Shown: positions 50,153 through 60,473, counted from the first letter of the stretch. The stretch: 64,000 bases of DNA from Flavobacteriales bacterium (GCA_049890095.1 JBMHCD010000009.1:169366-233365), one strand, 5' to 3'. Notes: generated by a model from the sequence alone, not told the origin. Numbers and translations are program-made.

Positions 50153-51327
50153 CGACACAATACTAAAGATATAAAAACATATAGGATTGCTGAATTATGA
50201 TTTTGAAAATAAGAATCGCTAAAAAATGAAAGTAAGAATAGTATTAAAAAAAAACTTCTAATCCATCGATCGGATAATATAGAATACTCCTTAAACTGAA
50301 AATAAAAAATAGATAGCAAAATAAACAATCCAACAATTCCTAATTCAAAAAAAACGTATAAAAAATTATTGTGAGGTGTTTTATGCTGACCTTCTAAATT
50401 TTTAGAAATCTCAGGACCCAATGTAGAAAATTGAGATGAAAAACTACCTGTTCCGTAACCCAATAATGGCTGTTTTTTTATTAATTCTAAAGAATAATTC
50501 CACAAATTATATCTAACAGAAATAGAATTAAAGTTACTTGTTTCAATATTCGAAATGTTTTCTTTTGTTTCTTCAACTCTTCTGTTAAAATCTTCGGAAT
50601 ATTGAATACTTAACACAAAAATACTAGCAATTAAAGCGAATGTGAATATTAATCCAATTGGCCTTTTTTGAAAAAAATGAAAAGTTAAAAATATTGCTCC
50701 TACTAAAAATAATACATGACCAACTCTACCTGCTTCTGTAAATAAACTAAAACACATTAAAACTAAAGATAATAACAGAAAAATATTTCTTTTTTTGAAT
50801 GGTAGTTTAAACAAACTGACAACTACCAAAAAAATAGAAAAAACTAAAAAAAGGTTATGATAATTGTAACTCATAAAAGCCGAAATATTATAACTATTTG
50901 AAAATATATCGTTGACCTTTGTTAGCCTTGGGATAATATTATAATTAATCAAAAGTGCAATTAATGATGATAGTGACATGGAAATGATAAATCCTGTTAT
51001 TGCATTTTTCAAATCTTTTTCACAAAACTTTAAACTGTACAGAATTGGTAAAAACAGTAATAGCGCTGTTTTTTCAATTATCCATTTTGCATCTTGATGA
51101 AAGTCTCCCCACAATAGACCAAACCAATAAAAAACAAACAAAATAATTATTGAAAACATCCATTTACTGGACTTAATAGAATACCATTTTTGCTTTAGAT
51201 TCCCTTCGACTATCCATAAAGCTGAAATTAAGAATATTAGGCAATCTGTTATAAAAACAGAAATAGGCATAGAAAAAGCTAATAAAGTAAATAAAACTCC
51301 ATAAGTTTTCTGAAAACTAATGTTCAT
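50137..51327 (-). CDS. O-antigen ligase / Wzy_C-family polytopic membrane protein
   Basis: About 10 TM segments with a periplasmic loop between late TMs containing H..PHNNFL, typical of WaaL/PglL/Wzy_C proteins. Confidence 0.65.
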   Translation of the reverse strand: MNISFQKTYGVLFTLLAFSMPISVFITDCLIFLISALWIVEGNLKQKWYSIKSSKWMFSIIILFVFYWFGLLWGDFHQDAKWIIEKTALLLFLPILYSLKFCEKDLKNAITGFIISMSLSSLIALLINYNIIPRLTKVNDIFSNSYNISAFMSYNYHNLFLVFSIFLVVVSLFKLPFKKRNIFLLLSLVLMCFSLFTEAGRVGHVLFLVGAIFLTFHFFQKRPIGLIFTFALIASIFVLSIQYSEDFNRRVEETKENISNIETSNFNSISVRYNLWNYSLELIKKQPLLGYGTGSFSSQFSTLGPEISKNLEGQHKTPHNNFLYVFFELGIVGLFILLSIFYFQFKEYSILSDRWIRSFFLILFLLSFFSDSYFQNHNSAILYVFISLVLCRYPSK

Positions 51328-52988
51328 TACTTTATTGTGTCGCCTTTTAAAATCGCTTCAAACTCTAAGGGATTATTTAATAAGTCTATAGCCTGTAGAA
51401 CCTCATCATCATACTTTATAGCAGAAGCTAAACTTCCTTCTTGATAAAAATATCGAGTAACAATTTCTGACTCTAACACCTGACTGATTTCGTCTTTAAA
51501 TCTCATAAGGTCATTGTTTTTAGACGAGGTCATTTTTAATTCTATAGCTTCCAATTGTTTTTCAAGGTCTTGTATATATTCCTCATCTTCAGCGGTCTCA
51601 AATAAATCTTTAATCGCTAGCTCTGTTTTTGTTTCATACTCATACTCTTTATCATTAAGGTACTGAACAAAATCATTATATAAAATAGAATCTACACTAA
51701 ATTCTTGAGGTGAACTTATCGTATCATTTTGTCTGTAAAATTGTGTTGAATAATCAAAGATTAAATTTTTGGAAACTAAACTTCTTAATATATTGCTAAA
51801 TGGATTTACCTCGACTGAAACATCAGGTGTCACACCTCCACCATCATAAACTACTCGCCCATTTCTTGTTTTAAAAGCCGTTCTTAAACTATCAGGTGTT
51901 CTCCCAACACTTCCGTCATCATTTCTATTAGAATAATCAAGAGCCTGAATACACCTTCCACTAGGAATATAGTATTTCGCAGTTGTTACTTTTAACTGAG
52001 TATTGTAACTTAATTTTCGAGTTTGCTGAACTAAACCTTTTCCAAAACTTCTTTGACCCATCACTAGTCCTCGATCAAAATCCTGAATCACTCCAGAAAC
52101 AATTTCTGAAGCCGAGGCAGACCTCCTGTTAATTAATACAATTAATGGAATTTCTGTATCTACTGGCTCATATCTAGATTTGTATGTTTTATCCCAATCT
52201 TCTATTTTACCTTGAGTTTCTACAATAACTTCTCCTTTATCAACAAAAATGTTTGCTGTATTTATAGCCTCATTCAATAATCCTCCTGGATTTCCTCTTA
52301 AGTCTAAAATTAAGCCTTTTAATTCTTGCTCTCGGCTCAACTCATTATATGCCTGAATAACTTCTTTACTAACATTTCTTGTAAAAGAACGCATTCTTAT
52401 ATATGCAATTCCATCATCAACTAATGCTGAGTAAGGTATACTACTAACCTTTATTTCCTCTCTTGTAATAGTTACCTCAAAAGGTTTGTCTACTCCTTTT
52501 CGTTCTATAAGCACTTTTACATCAGTATTAGCCTGACCTTTTAAAATTTTACTAACGTCTTCAGTAGATTTTCCTTTGGCAGAGTTTCCTTCAATTTCTA
52601 AAATCTTATCTCCTGCTTTTAATCCTGCTTTGTCGGCAGGAAAACCAAAGTAAGGCTCTCTTATGTGAACATATTCGTCTCTACTCATTATTATAGCTCC
52701 TATACCTCCATACTCACCAGTAGTCATAAATTCAAAATCTTCTTGTTCTGACTCAGGAATAAAAGTAGTATACGGGTCTAATGATTCCAACATTGCGTCT
52801 ATGGCTGTGTTCATGAGTTCGCCCGAATCTATTTCATCAACGTATAAAATATTCAACTCTTTAAAAAGGGTTGAAAAAATGTCTAAATTTTTAGAAATTT
52901 CAAAAAAGTTTTCTGAAAAACCTAACGATAATAATGATCCTATAGCTATAGTTACTACTATCAAATACTTTTTTAACTTATTTATCAT
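51327..52988 (-). CDS. S41-family C-terminal processing peptidase with PDZ domain
   Basis: PDZ (GLKAGDKILEIEG), LDLRGNPGG, the catalytic SASASEI and the GK motif FGKGLVQ. Confidence 0.85.
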   Translation of the reverse strand: MINKLKKYLIVVTIAIGSLLSLGFSENFFEISKNLDIFSTLFKELNILYVDEIDSGELMNTAIDAMLESLDPYTTFIPESEQEDFEFMTTGEYGGIGAIIMSRDEYVHIREPYFGFPADKAGLKAGDKILEIEGNSAKGKSTEDVSKILKGQANTDVKVLIERKGVDKPFEVTITREEIKVSSIPYSALVDDGIAYIRMRSFTRNVSKEVIQAYNELSREQELKGLILDLRGNPGGLLNEAINTANIFVDKGEVIVETQGKIEDWDKTYKSRYEPVDTEIPLIVLINRRSASASEIVSGVIQDFDRGLVMGQRSFGKGLVQQTRKLSYNTQLKVTTAKYYIPSGRCIQALDYSNRNDDGSVGRTPDSLRTAFKTRNGRVVYDGGGVTPDVSVEVNPFSNILRSLVSKNLIFDYSTQFYRQNDTISSPQEFSVDSILYNDFVQYLNDKEYEYETKTELAIKDLFETAEDEEYIQDLEKQLEAIELKMTSSKNNDLMRFKDEISQVLESEIVTRYFYQEGSLASAIKYDDEVLQAIDLLNNPLEFEAILKGDTIK

Positions 52989-52991
52989 ATT

Positions 52992-53213
52992 TTAAGGTAT
53001 TGGGTCATGTCCGTGCCCTCCCCATGGATGACAACTAATAATTCTTTTTAATGTTAGCCAAGTTCCTTTATATGGGCCAAATTTTTTAATCGCCTGTAAT
53101 CCATATTCAGAACATGTTGGAATAAATCTACATCTAGGCGAAGTCAGAGGAGAAATTGCACCTTTATAAAACAATATCAATGATCGAATTAAAAATGATA
53201 AGACATTTCTCAT
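52992..53213 (-). CDS. yidD: membrane protein insertion efficiency factor YidD
   Basis: YKGAISPL...CRFIPTCSEYGLQAIKKFG...RIISCHPW. Confidence 0.9.
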   Translation of the reverse strand: MRNVLSFLIRSLILFYKGAISPLTSPRCRFIPTCSEYGLQAIKKFGPYKGTWLTLKRIISCHPWGGHGHDPIP

Positions 53214-53587
53214 AATTTAGAGACTAAACGTTGTAAAGTTAAACATATTTTATTTTCTATTTCCTTATAATCTAATAACTGATTAGAAGTATATAAAATA
53301 ACTAAGTCTACCGATTTTTCCTTCGATTTTAATTTACTTTCTAATTCTTCTTTGTTCTTTCTAAAACTCTCTCTTATTAAACGTTTAATTTTGTTCCTAT
53401 GACATGCTTTGGATAGCTTTTTCTTTGGCACACTAATAAGTGTTTGTAAAGACGGAGATGTTTGTTTACTATTTTTCCAGATAAACTTAAATGGGTATAC
53501 AAAAAGAGTCTGACCCTCATCAAACAAAGAATCTATTCTGTTTTGATCGCATAATTTCTCAGCTTTATTAAACTGATAGACTGTCAT
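53210..53587 (-). CDS. rnpA: ribonuclease P protein component
   Basis: 125 aa, basic, with the KACHRNKIKRLIRE RNR-like motif. Located directly upstream of yidD. Confidence 0.8.
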   Translation of the reverse strand: MTVYQFNKAEKLCDQNRIDSLFDEGQTLFVYPFKFIWKNSKQTSPSLQTLISVPKKKLSKACHRNKIKRLIRESFRKNKEELESKLKSKEKSVDLVILYTSNQLLDYKEIENKICLTLQRLVSKL

Positions 53588-53616
53588 CTTTGAAAAGTTT
53601 ATTCAAAAAAGATAAA

Positions 53617-54372
53617 TTATCGCTTATTTACCTTTTTTATGTACTGGTCAATTGCCATAGTCATAGAAGGTGATTCTGGACTTGGAGCCTTTATATCTAA
53701 ACGTAAACCATGATCTTCAACTGCCTTTTTGGTAGTTGATCCGAATGCCGCTATACGAGTATCATTTTGCTTGAAATCTGGAAAATTCTGATATAATGAC
53801 TTTATTCCTGATGGACTGTAAAAAACTAAGATATCATAAAAAACATTTTCCAAATTCGATAAATCACTACAAACAGTTCTATACATTATGGATTTAGTAA
53901 AATCAAACTTTTGTTCAGTCAAAAATTCTGGAATGCTCTCTTTTAAAATATCAGAACAAGGTAATAGAAATTTACATTCTTTGTGTTTTTTAAACAAGGG
54001 CAAAAGGTCTTCAATCTTTTGCTTACCAATAAATACCTTCCTTTTTCTATAGGTAATATACTTTTGTAAATAATAAGCAATCGCTTCAGAAACACAGAAA
54101 TACTTCATTTCTTCTGGAACAGTGATTCGTGTTGCTTCACACATTCTGAAGAAATGATCCATCGAATTTTTACTCGTAAAAATAACTGCATTATGACTTA
54201 GTATACTGATTTTCTGCTGTCTAAATTCTTTTGCCGTTAATCCCTCTACATGAATAAAGGGACGAAAGTCAATTTTTACTTTGCAACGCTTTGCTAAATC
54301 GAAATACGGAGATTTATCCGACTCCGGTTTTGGTTGAGAAACCAATATAGTTTTAACTCTTTTATCTTTCAA
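53617..54372 (-). CDS. hemD: uroporphyrinogen-III synthase
   Basis: ILVSQPKPESDKSPY... and a two-lobe HEM4-like layout. TTG start (no ATG available). Confidence 0.7.
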   Translation of the reverse strand: MKDKRVKTILVSQPKPESDKSPYFDLAKRCKVKIDFRPFIHVEGLTAKEFRQQKISILSHNAVIFTSKNSMDHFFRMCEATRITVPEEMKYFCVSEAIAYYLQKYITYRKRKVFIGKQKIEDLLPLFKKHKECKFLLPCSDILKESIPEFLTEQKFDFTKSIMYRTVCSDLSNLENVFYDILVFYSPSGIKSLYQNFPDFKQNDTRIAAFGSTTKKAVEDHGLRLDIKAPSPESPSMTMAIDQYIKKVNKR

Positions 54373-54400
54373 TGCTAACTCAATTTAACTTTTTTAGAAA

Positions 54401-55045
54401 CTAAAAAAACATGGTTATAAATAATATGAATGGTAAAAATTCAAGAAGGCAAAGATATACAATTAAGTGCGTTTTGGAAATAGATGATTTAAAAAAACTC
54501 AAATATATTGTTCTCACACATTTTAAAATAAATAAAATAACAAACAAATAAAGTGTTAATTTGGTAAGTACTTGCTGATCAAAATTAGAATATATGGATA
54601 AAATTACAAATGGAAATAAAACAACTCCGCCAACTATTTCAACTAAAAAAGCATGAAACAATGCAACATCAAAAAATGAAGGTTTTTCAAATAAAAAACC
54701 TGTAAACTTGACTAAAATAATTTTTGCTAAAAAGAAAATTGAAATTATAAAAGAAAAAAAAGCAAAGTTCGACCATTGCCAAGAAGTAGCGTCATTTACC
54801 AATGGATGCGACATTACCAAAGATAAAACCAAAATAAAAATTGGTAAAAGCAAAATCGAAATCAATTGAGAGTTAGTCTCTCTTAAAAATTGATTGGAAG
54901 ATTTTTGAGAAATTACTGCTCGTAAAATCAAATTAAATTGTTTACCAAATTGAACATTAATAATTCCGAAATAGCAAAAAATAAATAGATTAATTATAAA
55001 AACCCATTCAGAAATTATACCATTATCTTTAAGTAAGACTTCCAA
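54401..55045 (-). CDS. DUF4271-like polytopic membrane protein
   Basis: 214 aa, about 6 TM. I recall the position next to hemD as typical for Bacteroidota DUF4271. The TTG start lies 1 nt after the cytochrome stop. Confidence 0.55.
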   Translation of the reverse strand: MEVLLKDNGIISEWVFIINLFIFCYFGIINVQFGKQFNLILRAVISQKSSNQFLRETNSQLISILLLPIFILVLSLVMSHPLVNDATSWQWSNFAFFSFIISIFFLAKIILVKFTGFLFEKPSFFDVALFHAFLVEIVGGVVLFPFVILSIYSNFDQQVLTKLTLYLFVILFILKCVRTIYLSFFKSSISKTHLIVYLCLLEFLPFILFITMFF

Positions 55046-55046
55046 T

Positions 55047-55397
55047 TTATTGAGGGTAGTCGTTGTTTATCCAATTTGTTAATTTTTCAATCTCTAGAGT
55101 AGTTAAACTTTGAGGGGGAGGCATTCTATAAAATGGATCAGTTGAAGAAATTCGATATATAAATTCTTGAGCCGAATTGTCTAATGCTAATTTTAAATCT
55201 GAATAAGATGTGTAAACTCCTGAACTTTCAGCATTTCCACCAACAGAATGACAACCTGTACAATTAACATCGATAATTGATTTAACAGAAGCATAAGTCT
55301 TTACATTAGGATCATCGACTACGATTGGCTCTTCTTCTTGATCACAAGAACACAAAACCATCAATATCAAAAATAAAAAGTAAATTGATTCTTTCAT
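55047..55397 (-). CDS. small c-type cytochrome lipoprotein (PSCyt1-like single haem domain)
   Basis: Lipobox-like LILMVLCSC, haem motif CTGCH, a downstream YRMPP (candidate axial Met) and a C-terminal LTNWI helix as in the planctomycete-type cytochrome c domain. Confidence 0.6.
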   Translation of the reverse strand: MKESIYFLFLILMVLCSCDQEEEPIVVDDPNVKTYASVKSIIDVNCTGCHSVGGNAESSGVYTSYSDLKLALDNSAQEFIYRISSTDPFYRMPPPQSLTTLEIEKLTNWINNDYPQ

Positions 55398-55444
55398 AAT
55401 AGCTGATTTTTATGCAATTTACCCATTAATAATAAATTATTCAA

Positions 55445-55452
55445 TAATTTTG
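55445..55452 (+). promoter_or_regulatory. -7 box TAnnTTTG (acyl-CoA dehydrogenase)
   Basis: TAATTTTG, 22 nt before ATG 55475. Confidence 0.45.
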
Positions 55453-55474
55453 TACCACTAAATACAATTACAAG

Positions 55475-56653
55475 ATGTCAAAAGATTTATTTCAAGCTCC
55501 AGATTATTTTCACTTAGATGAATTACTTTCTGAAGAACATATATTGGTTCGTGATGCAGCTCGTGACTGGGTTAAACGTTCCGTTTCGCCTATTATAGAA
55601 GATGCATGCCAAGAAGCAAAATTTCCAAAACAAATTATTGGTGGGTTAGCTGAAATTGGTGCTTTCGGTCCGTATATTCCTATGGAGTATGGAGGAGCCG
55701 GTCTAGATCAAATATCGTATGGACTAATCATGCAAGAACTTGAAAGAGGAGACAGTGGTGTAAGGTCTACAGCATCTGTTCAATCATCTTTAGTTATGTA
55801 TCCTATCTTTAAATATGGTTCCGAAGAGCAAAGAAAAAAGTATTTGCCAAAATTAGCAAGCGGAGAGATGGTAGGGTGCTTTGGTTTGACCGAGCCTGAC
55901 TTTGGATCAAATCCAGGAGGTATGGTTACTCACTTTAAAGACATGGGAGACCATTACTTGCTAAATGGTGCTAAACTATGGATTTCAAACTCTCCATTTG
56001 CCGACATCGCTATCGTTTGGGCTAAAAATGAAGAAGGTAGAATTAAAGGTTTAATTGTTGAAAGAGGAATGGAAGGGTTTACTACTCCAGAAACTCATGG
56101 AAAGTGGAGTTTAAGAGCTTCTGCAACCGGAGAACTTGTTTTTGATAACGTCAAAGTGCCAAAACAAAATTTATTACCTAATAAAGATGGTTTAGGCGCT
56201 CCTCTTGGCTGTTTGGACTCTGCAAGATACGGAATTGCTTGGGGAACAATTGGAGCAGCTATGGACTGTTATGACAGTGCATTAAGATATGCTAAAGAAA
56301 GAAAACAATTTGGAAAACCAATTGCAGGCTTCCAACTTCAGCAAAAGAAGTTAGCAGAAATGATTACGGAAATTACTAAAGCACAATTTATTACTTGGCG
56401 ACTTGGGGTACTAAGAAATGAAGGTAGAGCTACTTCTGCACAAATATCAATGTGCAAAAGAAATAATGTCGAAATGGCTCTTAAAATTGCAAGAGAAGCT
56501 CGACAAATTTTAGGTGGTATGGGTATTACTGGAGAATACCCTATCATGAGACACATGATGAACTTAGAATCTGTCGTTACCTATGAAGGTACTCACGATA
56601 TTCATTTGCTGATTACAGGTTTAGATATTACAGGCGAAAATGCTTTTGTATAA
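55475..56653 (+). CDS. acyl-CoA dehydrogenase (glutaryl-CoA dehydrogenase-like)
   Basis: GCFGLTEPDFGSNPGGM...WISNS...YEGTHDIH, with a layout typical of GCDH. Confidence 0.85.
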   Translation: MSKDLFQAPDYFHLDELLSEEHILVRDAARDWVKRSVSPIIEDACQEAKFPKQIIGGLAEIGAFGPYIPMEYGGAGLDQISYGLIMQELERGDSGVRSTASVQSSLVMYPIFKYGSEEQRKKYLPKLASGEMVGCFGLTEPDFGSNPGGMVTHFKDMGDHYLLNGAKLWISNSPFADIAIVWAKNEEGRIKGLIVERGMEGFTTPETHGKWSLRASATGELVFDNVKVPKQNLLPNKDGLGAPLGCLDSARYGIAWGTIGAAMDCYDSALRYAKERKQFGKPIAGFQLQQKKLAEMITEITKAQFITWRLGVLRNEGRATSAQISMCKRNNVEMALKIAREARQILGGMGITGEYPIMRHMMNLESVVTYEGTHDIHLLITGLDITGENAFV

Positions 56654-56673
56654 ACCTCGATTATTGTAAACAT

Positions 56674-56706
56674 AAAAAAAGGCTTCTAAAATTAGAAGCC
56701 TTTTTT
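56674..56706. terminator. bidirectional rho-independent terminator between convergent acyl-CoA dehydrogenase and nrdA
   Basis: A7, then GGCTTCTA (56681-56688) pairing with TAGAAGCC (56693-56700) across an AAAT loop, then T6. Confidence 0.8.
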
Positions 56707-56726
56707 ATTATCAATTTTATTATAGC

Positions 56727-59108
56727 TTATGAGCCACAAGCTATACAATCGTCAGGATTATCTATCGAACAAGCCATTGCCTCTTCATTAGAAATATCTT
56801 TAACCGTTACAACTGGTTCTAATTGGGATTTTGCTTGTTTTTGAACCGTAAACTGAATTGCTTGAGTAGCAGCCTTTGTTCTCAAATAATACATCCCAGT
56901 TTTCAATCCTTTTTCCCAAGCATAAAAATGCATAGATGTAATTTTACCCATATTAGGTTGATCGATAAATAAATTTAGCGATTGTGACTGATCAATAAAT
57001 TTCCCTCTATCAGCAGACATATCAATAATATCTTTCATTTTGATTTCCCAAACTGTTTTGTAAATCGCTTTGATATTATCTGGAATACTTTTTATATCTT
57101 GAACAGACCCATTAGCTTTTATTATTTCATTTTTCATCTCATCATTCCATAATCCAAGCTTAACTAGATCGAGCAACAAATGCTTATTAACAACAACAAA
57201 TTCCCCAGACAGTACTCTTCTTGTATAAATATTTGATGTATAAGGTTCAAAACATTCGTTATTTCCTAATATTTGAGATGTTGAAGCGGTAGGCATTGGT
57301 GCTAATAACAAAGAGTTTCTTACCCCATGTTCTTTGATCATCGATCTTAGCTCATCCCATGCCCAACGACCACTTAAGTCTTCATCTTTGGCATTCCACA
57401 TATTATATTGGAAAATTCCTTGAGAAATAGGCGATCCTTCATAAGATTCATAAGCACCCTCTTCCTTAGCTACCTCACACGAAGAAGTTAAAGAAGCGAA
57501 ATAAATTGTTTCAAAAATTTCTTCATTTAACTTTTTAGCTTCTGGAGAATCAAAAGGCAAACGTAACTTAATGAATGTGTCCGCTAATCCTTGAACTCCT
57601 AATCCTACAGGCCTGTGTCGCATATTAGAATTTCTAGCCTCAGCAACAGGATAATAGTTTCTATCTATTACTTTATTTAAATTTCTTGTAATCACTTTAG
57701 TAATTGAATACAATTTTTCGTGATCGAAAGTGTTCGTTTCTTCATTTATAAACCTTGGTAAGGCAATAGAAGCTAAATTACACACTGCTACTTCGTCTGG
57801 TGCAGTATATTCTAAAATTTCAGTACATAAGTTAGAAGAACGAATCGTACCAAGATTTTTTTGATTCGACTTTTCATTACAAGAATCTTTATAAAGCATA
57901 TACGGTGTTCCCGTCTCTACTTGTGATTCCACAATTTTTTCCCAAAGTTCTCTAGCTCGAATGGTTTTTCTTCCTTTTCCTTGTTTTTCATACTTAAGGT
58001 ATAACTTTTCGAATGCTTTTCCATGAGAATCTGCTAAGCCCGGACATTCGTTTGGACACATAAGAGTCCAATCTCCATTTTCTTTAACACGCTTCATAAA
58101 TAAATCTGGAGTCCATAAAGCAAAAAATAAATCTCTTGCTCTCATTTCTTCCTTACCATGATTTTTTCTTAAATCGAGAAAGTCAAAAATATCTGCATGC
58201 CAAGGCTCAAGGTATATGGCGAAAGATCCTTTTCTTTTACCACCTCCTTGATCTACATAACGTGCTGTATCATTAAATACACGTAGCATTGGAACAATTC
58301 CATTAGACACCCCATTAGTACCTCTAATGTAGGAACCTGTTGCTCGGATATCGTGTATGCTCAAGCCAATACCTCCTGCTGATTGAGATATTTTAGCACA
58401 TTGTTTTAGGGTATCATATATACCATCAATACTATCCTCTTTCATTGTAAGTAAAAAACAAGAAGACATTTGAGGTTTTGGTGTACCGGCATTAAACAAA
58501 GTAGGTGTAGCGTGAGTAAAATACTTTTGAGACATCAACTCATAAGTGTTTATTGCAGCATCAATATCCTCCTTGTGAATTCCTATAGCTACTCGCATTA
58601 GCATGTGTTGCGGACGCTCGGTAATCTTTCCATTTATTCTTAATAGATATGAACGTTCTAGTGTTTTGAATCCGAAATAATCGTACGAAAAATCACGATC
58701 ATAAATTATTGTTGAATCTAATAACTCCGCATTTTTTCTAATGATTTTTATCACATCATCCGCAATCATCGGGGCTTTTTTTCCCGTTTTTGGATTAATA
58801 TATTCATATAAATCATTCATCGTTTCTGAAAAAGACTTTTTGGTGTCTTTATGCAAATTAGAAACAGAAATTCTAGAGGCTAATAAAGCGTAATCAGGAT
58901 GACGAGTTGTCATTGAGGCAGAAACTTCTGCCGCTAAATTATCTAACTCTGAAGTGGTTACCCCTTCATAAATTCCTTCAATTACTTTCATCGCAACAGA
59001 AGTTGGCGATACCAAATCACTAAATCCATAACAAAGCTTTTGGATTCGAGCAGTAATTTTATCGAATTTGATAGTCTCCTTACGACCATCTCTTTTTAAT
59101 ACGTACAT
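56727..59108 (-). CDS. nrdA: ribonucleoside-diphosphate reductase, class Ia alpha subunit
   Basis: N-terminal ATP-cone [16 protein letters not shown], the active-site regions SCFL and NLCTEI, and a C-terminal redox tail CIACGS. Confidence 0.95.
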   Translation of the reverse strand: MYVLKRDGRKETIKFDKITARIQKLCYGFSDLVSPTSVAMKVIEGIYEGVTTSELDNLAAEVSASMTTRHPDYALLASRISVSNLHKDTKKSFSETMNDLYEYINPKTGKKAPMIADDVIKIIRKNAELLDSTIIYDRDFSYDYFGFKTLERSYLLRINGKITERPQHMLMRVAIGIHKEDIDAAINTYELMSQKYFTHATPTLFNAGTPKPQMSSCFLLTMKEDSIDGIYDTLKQCAKISQSAGGIGLSIHDIRATGSYIRGTNGVSNGIVPMLRVFNDTARYVDQGGGKRKGSFAIYLEPWHADIFDFLDLRKNHGKEEMRARDLFFALWTPDLFMKRVKENGDWTLMCPNECPGLADSHGKAFEKLYLKYEKQGKGRKTIRARELWEKIVESQVETGTPYMLYKDSCNEKSNQKNLGTIRSSNLCTEILEYTAPDEVAVCNLASIALPRFINEETNTFDHEKLYSITKVITRNLNKVIDRNYYPVAEARNSNMRHRPVGLGVQGLADTFIKLRLPFDSPEAKKLNEEIFETIYFASLTSSCEVAKEEGAYESYEGSPISQGIFQYNMWNAKDEDLSGRWAWDELRSMIKEHGVRNSLLLAPMPTASTSQILGNNECFEPYTSNIYTRRVLSGEFVVVNKHLLLDLVKLGLWNDEMKNEIIKANGSVQDIKSIPDNIKAIYKTVWEIKMKDIIDMSADRGKFIDQSQSLNLFIDQPNMGKITSMHFYAWEKGLKTGMYYLRTKAATQAIQFTVQKQAKSQLEPVVTVKDISNEEAMACSIDNPDDCIACGS

Positions 59109-59135
59109 ATCTATTCGTTTATCTTGTTAAGTATC

Positions 59136-60116
59136 TTAAAAATCGTCTCCAAATGAGAACGTGTCTTCTTCTTTAGAGTCAGACAACACCCCTGCCTTTT
59201 GATAATCCCCAACTCTTTTCTCAAAGAAATTTGTTTTTCCTTCTAAAGAAATCATTTCCATAAAATCAAATGGATTTTCAGAGTTGTAAACTTTTTCACA
59301 ACCTAATTCAACTAATAGTCGATCCGTAACAAACTCTAAATACTTAGCCATCAAATCGGAATTCATTCCAATCAATTTTACTGGTAATGCTTCAGTAATA
59401 AATTCTCTTTCAATATTAAGTGCATCTACAATAATTTCTTTTATTCGCTCTTTTGGCACTTTATTTACTAAATGGTTATTATGTAAATGAACAGCAAAAT
59501 CGCAATGTAACCCCTCATCTCTACTAATCAATTCATTAGAAAAAGTAAGACCAGGCATTAGTCCTCTTTTCTTAAGCCAGAAAATAGAACAAAATGAACC
59601 TGAAAAGAAAATTCCTTCTACTGCAGCAAAAGCAACTAATCTTTCAGCGAAAGAATCACTTTCAATCCATTTTATAGCCCATTCTGCTTTTTTCTTTATC
59701 GCGTCAAAATGCTCAATAGCTGTAAACAATTGTTTACGCTCGGTCTTATCCTTAATGTAAGTATCAATTAATAATGAATAGGTTTCAGAATGAATATTTT
59801 CCATCATTATTTGAAAACCATAGAAAAATTTCGCTTCCGTAAACTGCACTTCATTAACAAAGTTTTCAGCTAGATTTTCATTAACAATTCCGTCGCTAGC
59901 AGCAAAAAAAGCTAAAATATGCTTAATAAAGTATCGTTCATCATCGTTTAATTTTTCATTCCAATCAATTAAATCTTGATGAAGATCTATTTCTTCTGCA
60001 GTCCAAAAACTTGCTTCTTGTTTTTTGTACCACTTCCAAATATCATCATGCTGAATTGGAAACAAAACATATCTATTAGGATTGTCTGCTAGTATCGGTT
60101 CGTTCTTTTTTGTCAT
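59136..60116 (-). CDS. nrdB: ribonucleoside-diphosphate reductase beta subunit
   Basis: Di-iron/tyrosyl motifs [25 protein letters not shown], and the C-terminal acidic tail FSFGDDF. ATG 60116 (MTKKNEPIL...) is preferred over track start 60176. Confidence 0.95.
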   Translation of the reverse strand: MTKKNEPILADNPNRYVLFPIQHDDIWKWYKKQEASFWTAEEIDLHQDLIDWNEKLNDDERYFIKHILAFFAASDGIVNENLAENFVNEVQFTEAKFFYGFQIMMENIHSETYSLLIDTYIKDKTERKQLFTAIEHFDAIKKKAEWAIKWIESDSFAERLVAFAAVEGIFFSGSFCSIFWLKKRGLMPGLTFSNELISRDEGLHCDFAVHLHNNHLVNKVPKERIKEIIVDALNIEREFITEALPVKLIGMNSDLMAKYLEFVTDRLLVELGCEKVYNSENPFDFMEMISLEGKTNFFEKRVGDYQKAGVLSDSKEEDTFSFGDDF

Positions 60117-60410
60117 TTTACTATGTTCAATTTTTAGAGAAAAAGCTACCCTGAATTCGATAGTTATCGACTTCAAATAGCTGTAATTATCATATAAAAA
60201 GGGGTTAACCTGTATGCCTGTAAGCGTTTAATTGATTCTACAATTGCTTAAAAGACAACAACAAATGTTTCAAAAAAAAAACAAGAACGCAAGCCAACTT
60301 TATTCACAAAAATTTAGAGTTTTTAACACTTTTGGGGTTGGTAAGTTGTTAAAAAAATCGACTTATATCATGCAACATCATTCCAACTCCAATTTCGTTT
60401 AAAAATTCAG

Positions 60411-60418
60411 CAAAAATA
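60411..60418 (-). promoter_or_regulatory. candidate -7 box TAnnTTTG for nrdB-nrdA with a very long leader
   Basis: TATTTTTG (rc) is the only exact match I found in the 357-bp gap. It lies 294 nt before ATG 60116. Confidence 0.3.
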
Positions 60419-60473
60419 CAAACGTCAAATTGAATATTTTAAATTGTGTTTTTGTTATTACAAAACATTTTGC

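Noticed and set aside
52992-53616. rnpA-yidD as a marker of the replication origin region
   Set aside because: There is no rpmH, dnaA or yidC nearby and no cluster of TTATCCACA-like DnaA boxes. The gap upstream of rnpA is only 29 bp.
60117-60473. Cobalamin riboswitch or NrdR boxes upstream of nrdB, and a 45-codon plus-strand ORF starting at 60265 (MFQKKNKNASQLYSQKF...)
   Set aside because: No B12-box-like GCCACTG core and no paired NrdR-type repeats are visible. The small ORF is basic and low-complexity, is antisense to the expected nrd leader, and has no promoter box.
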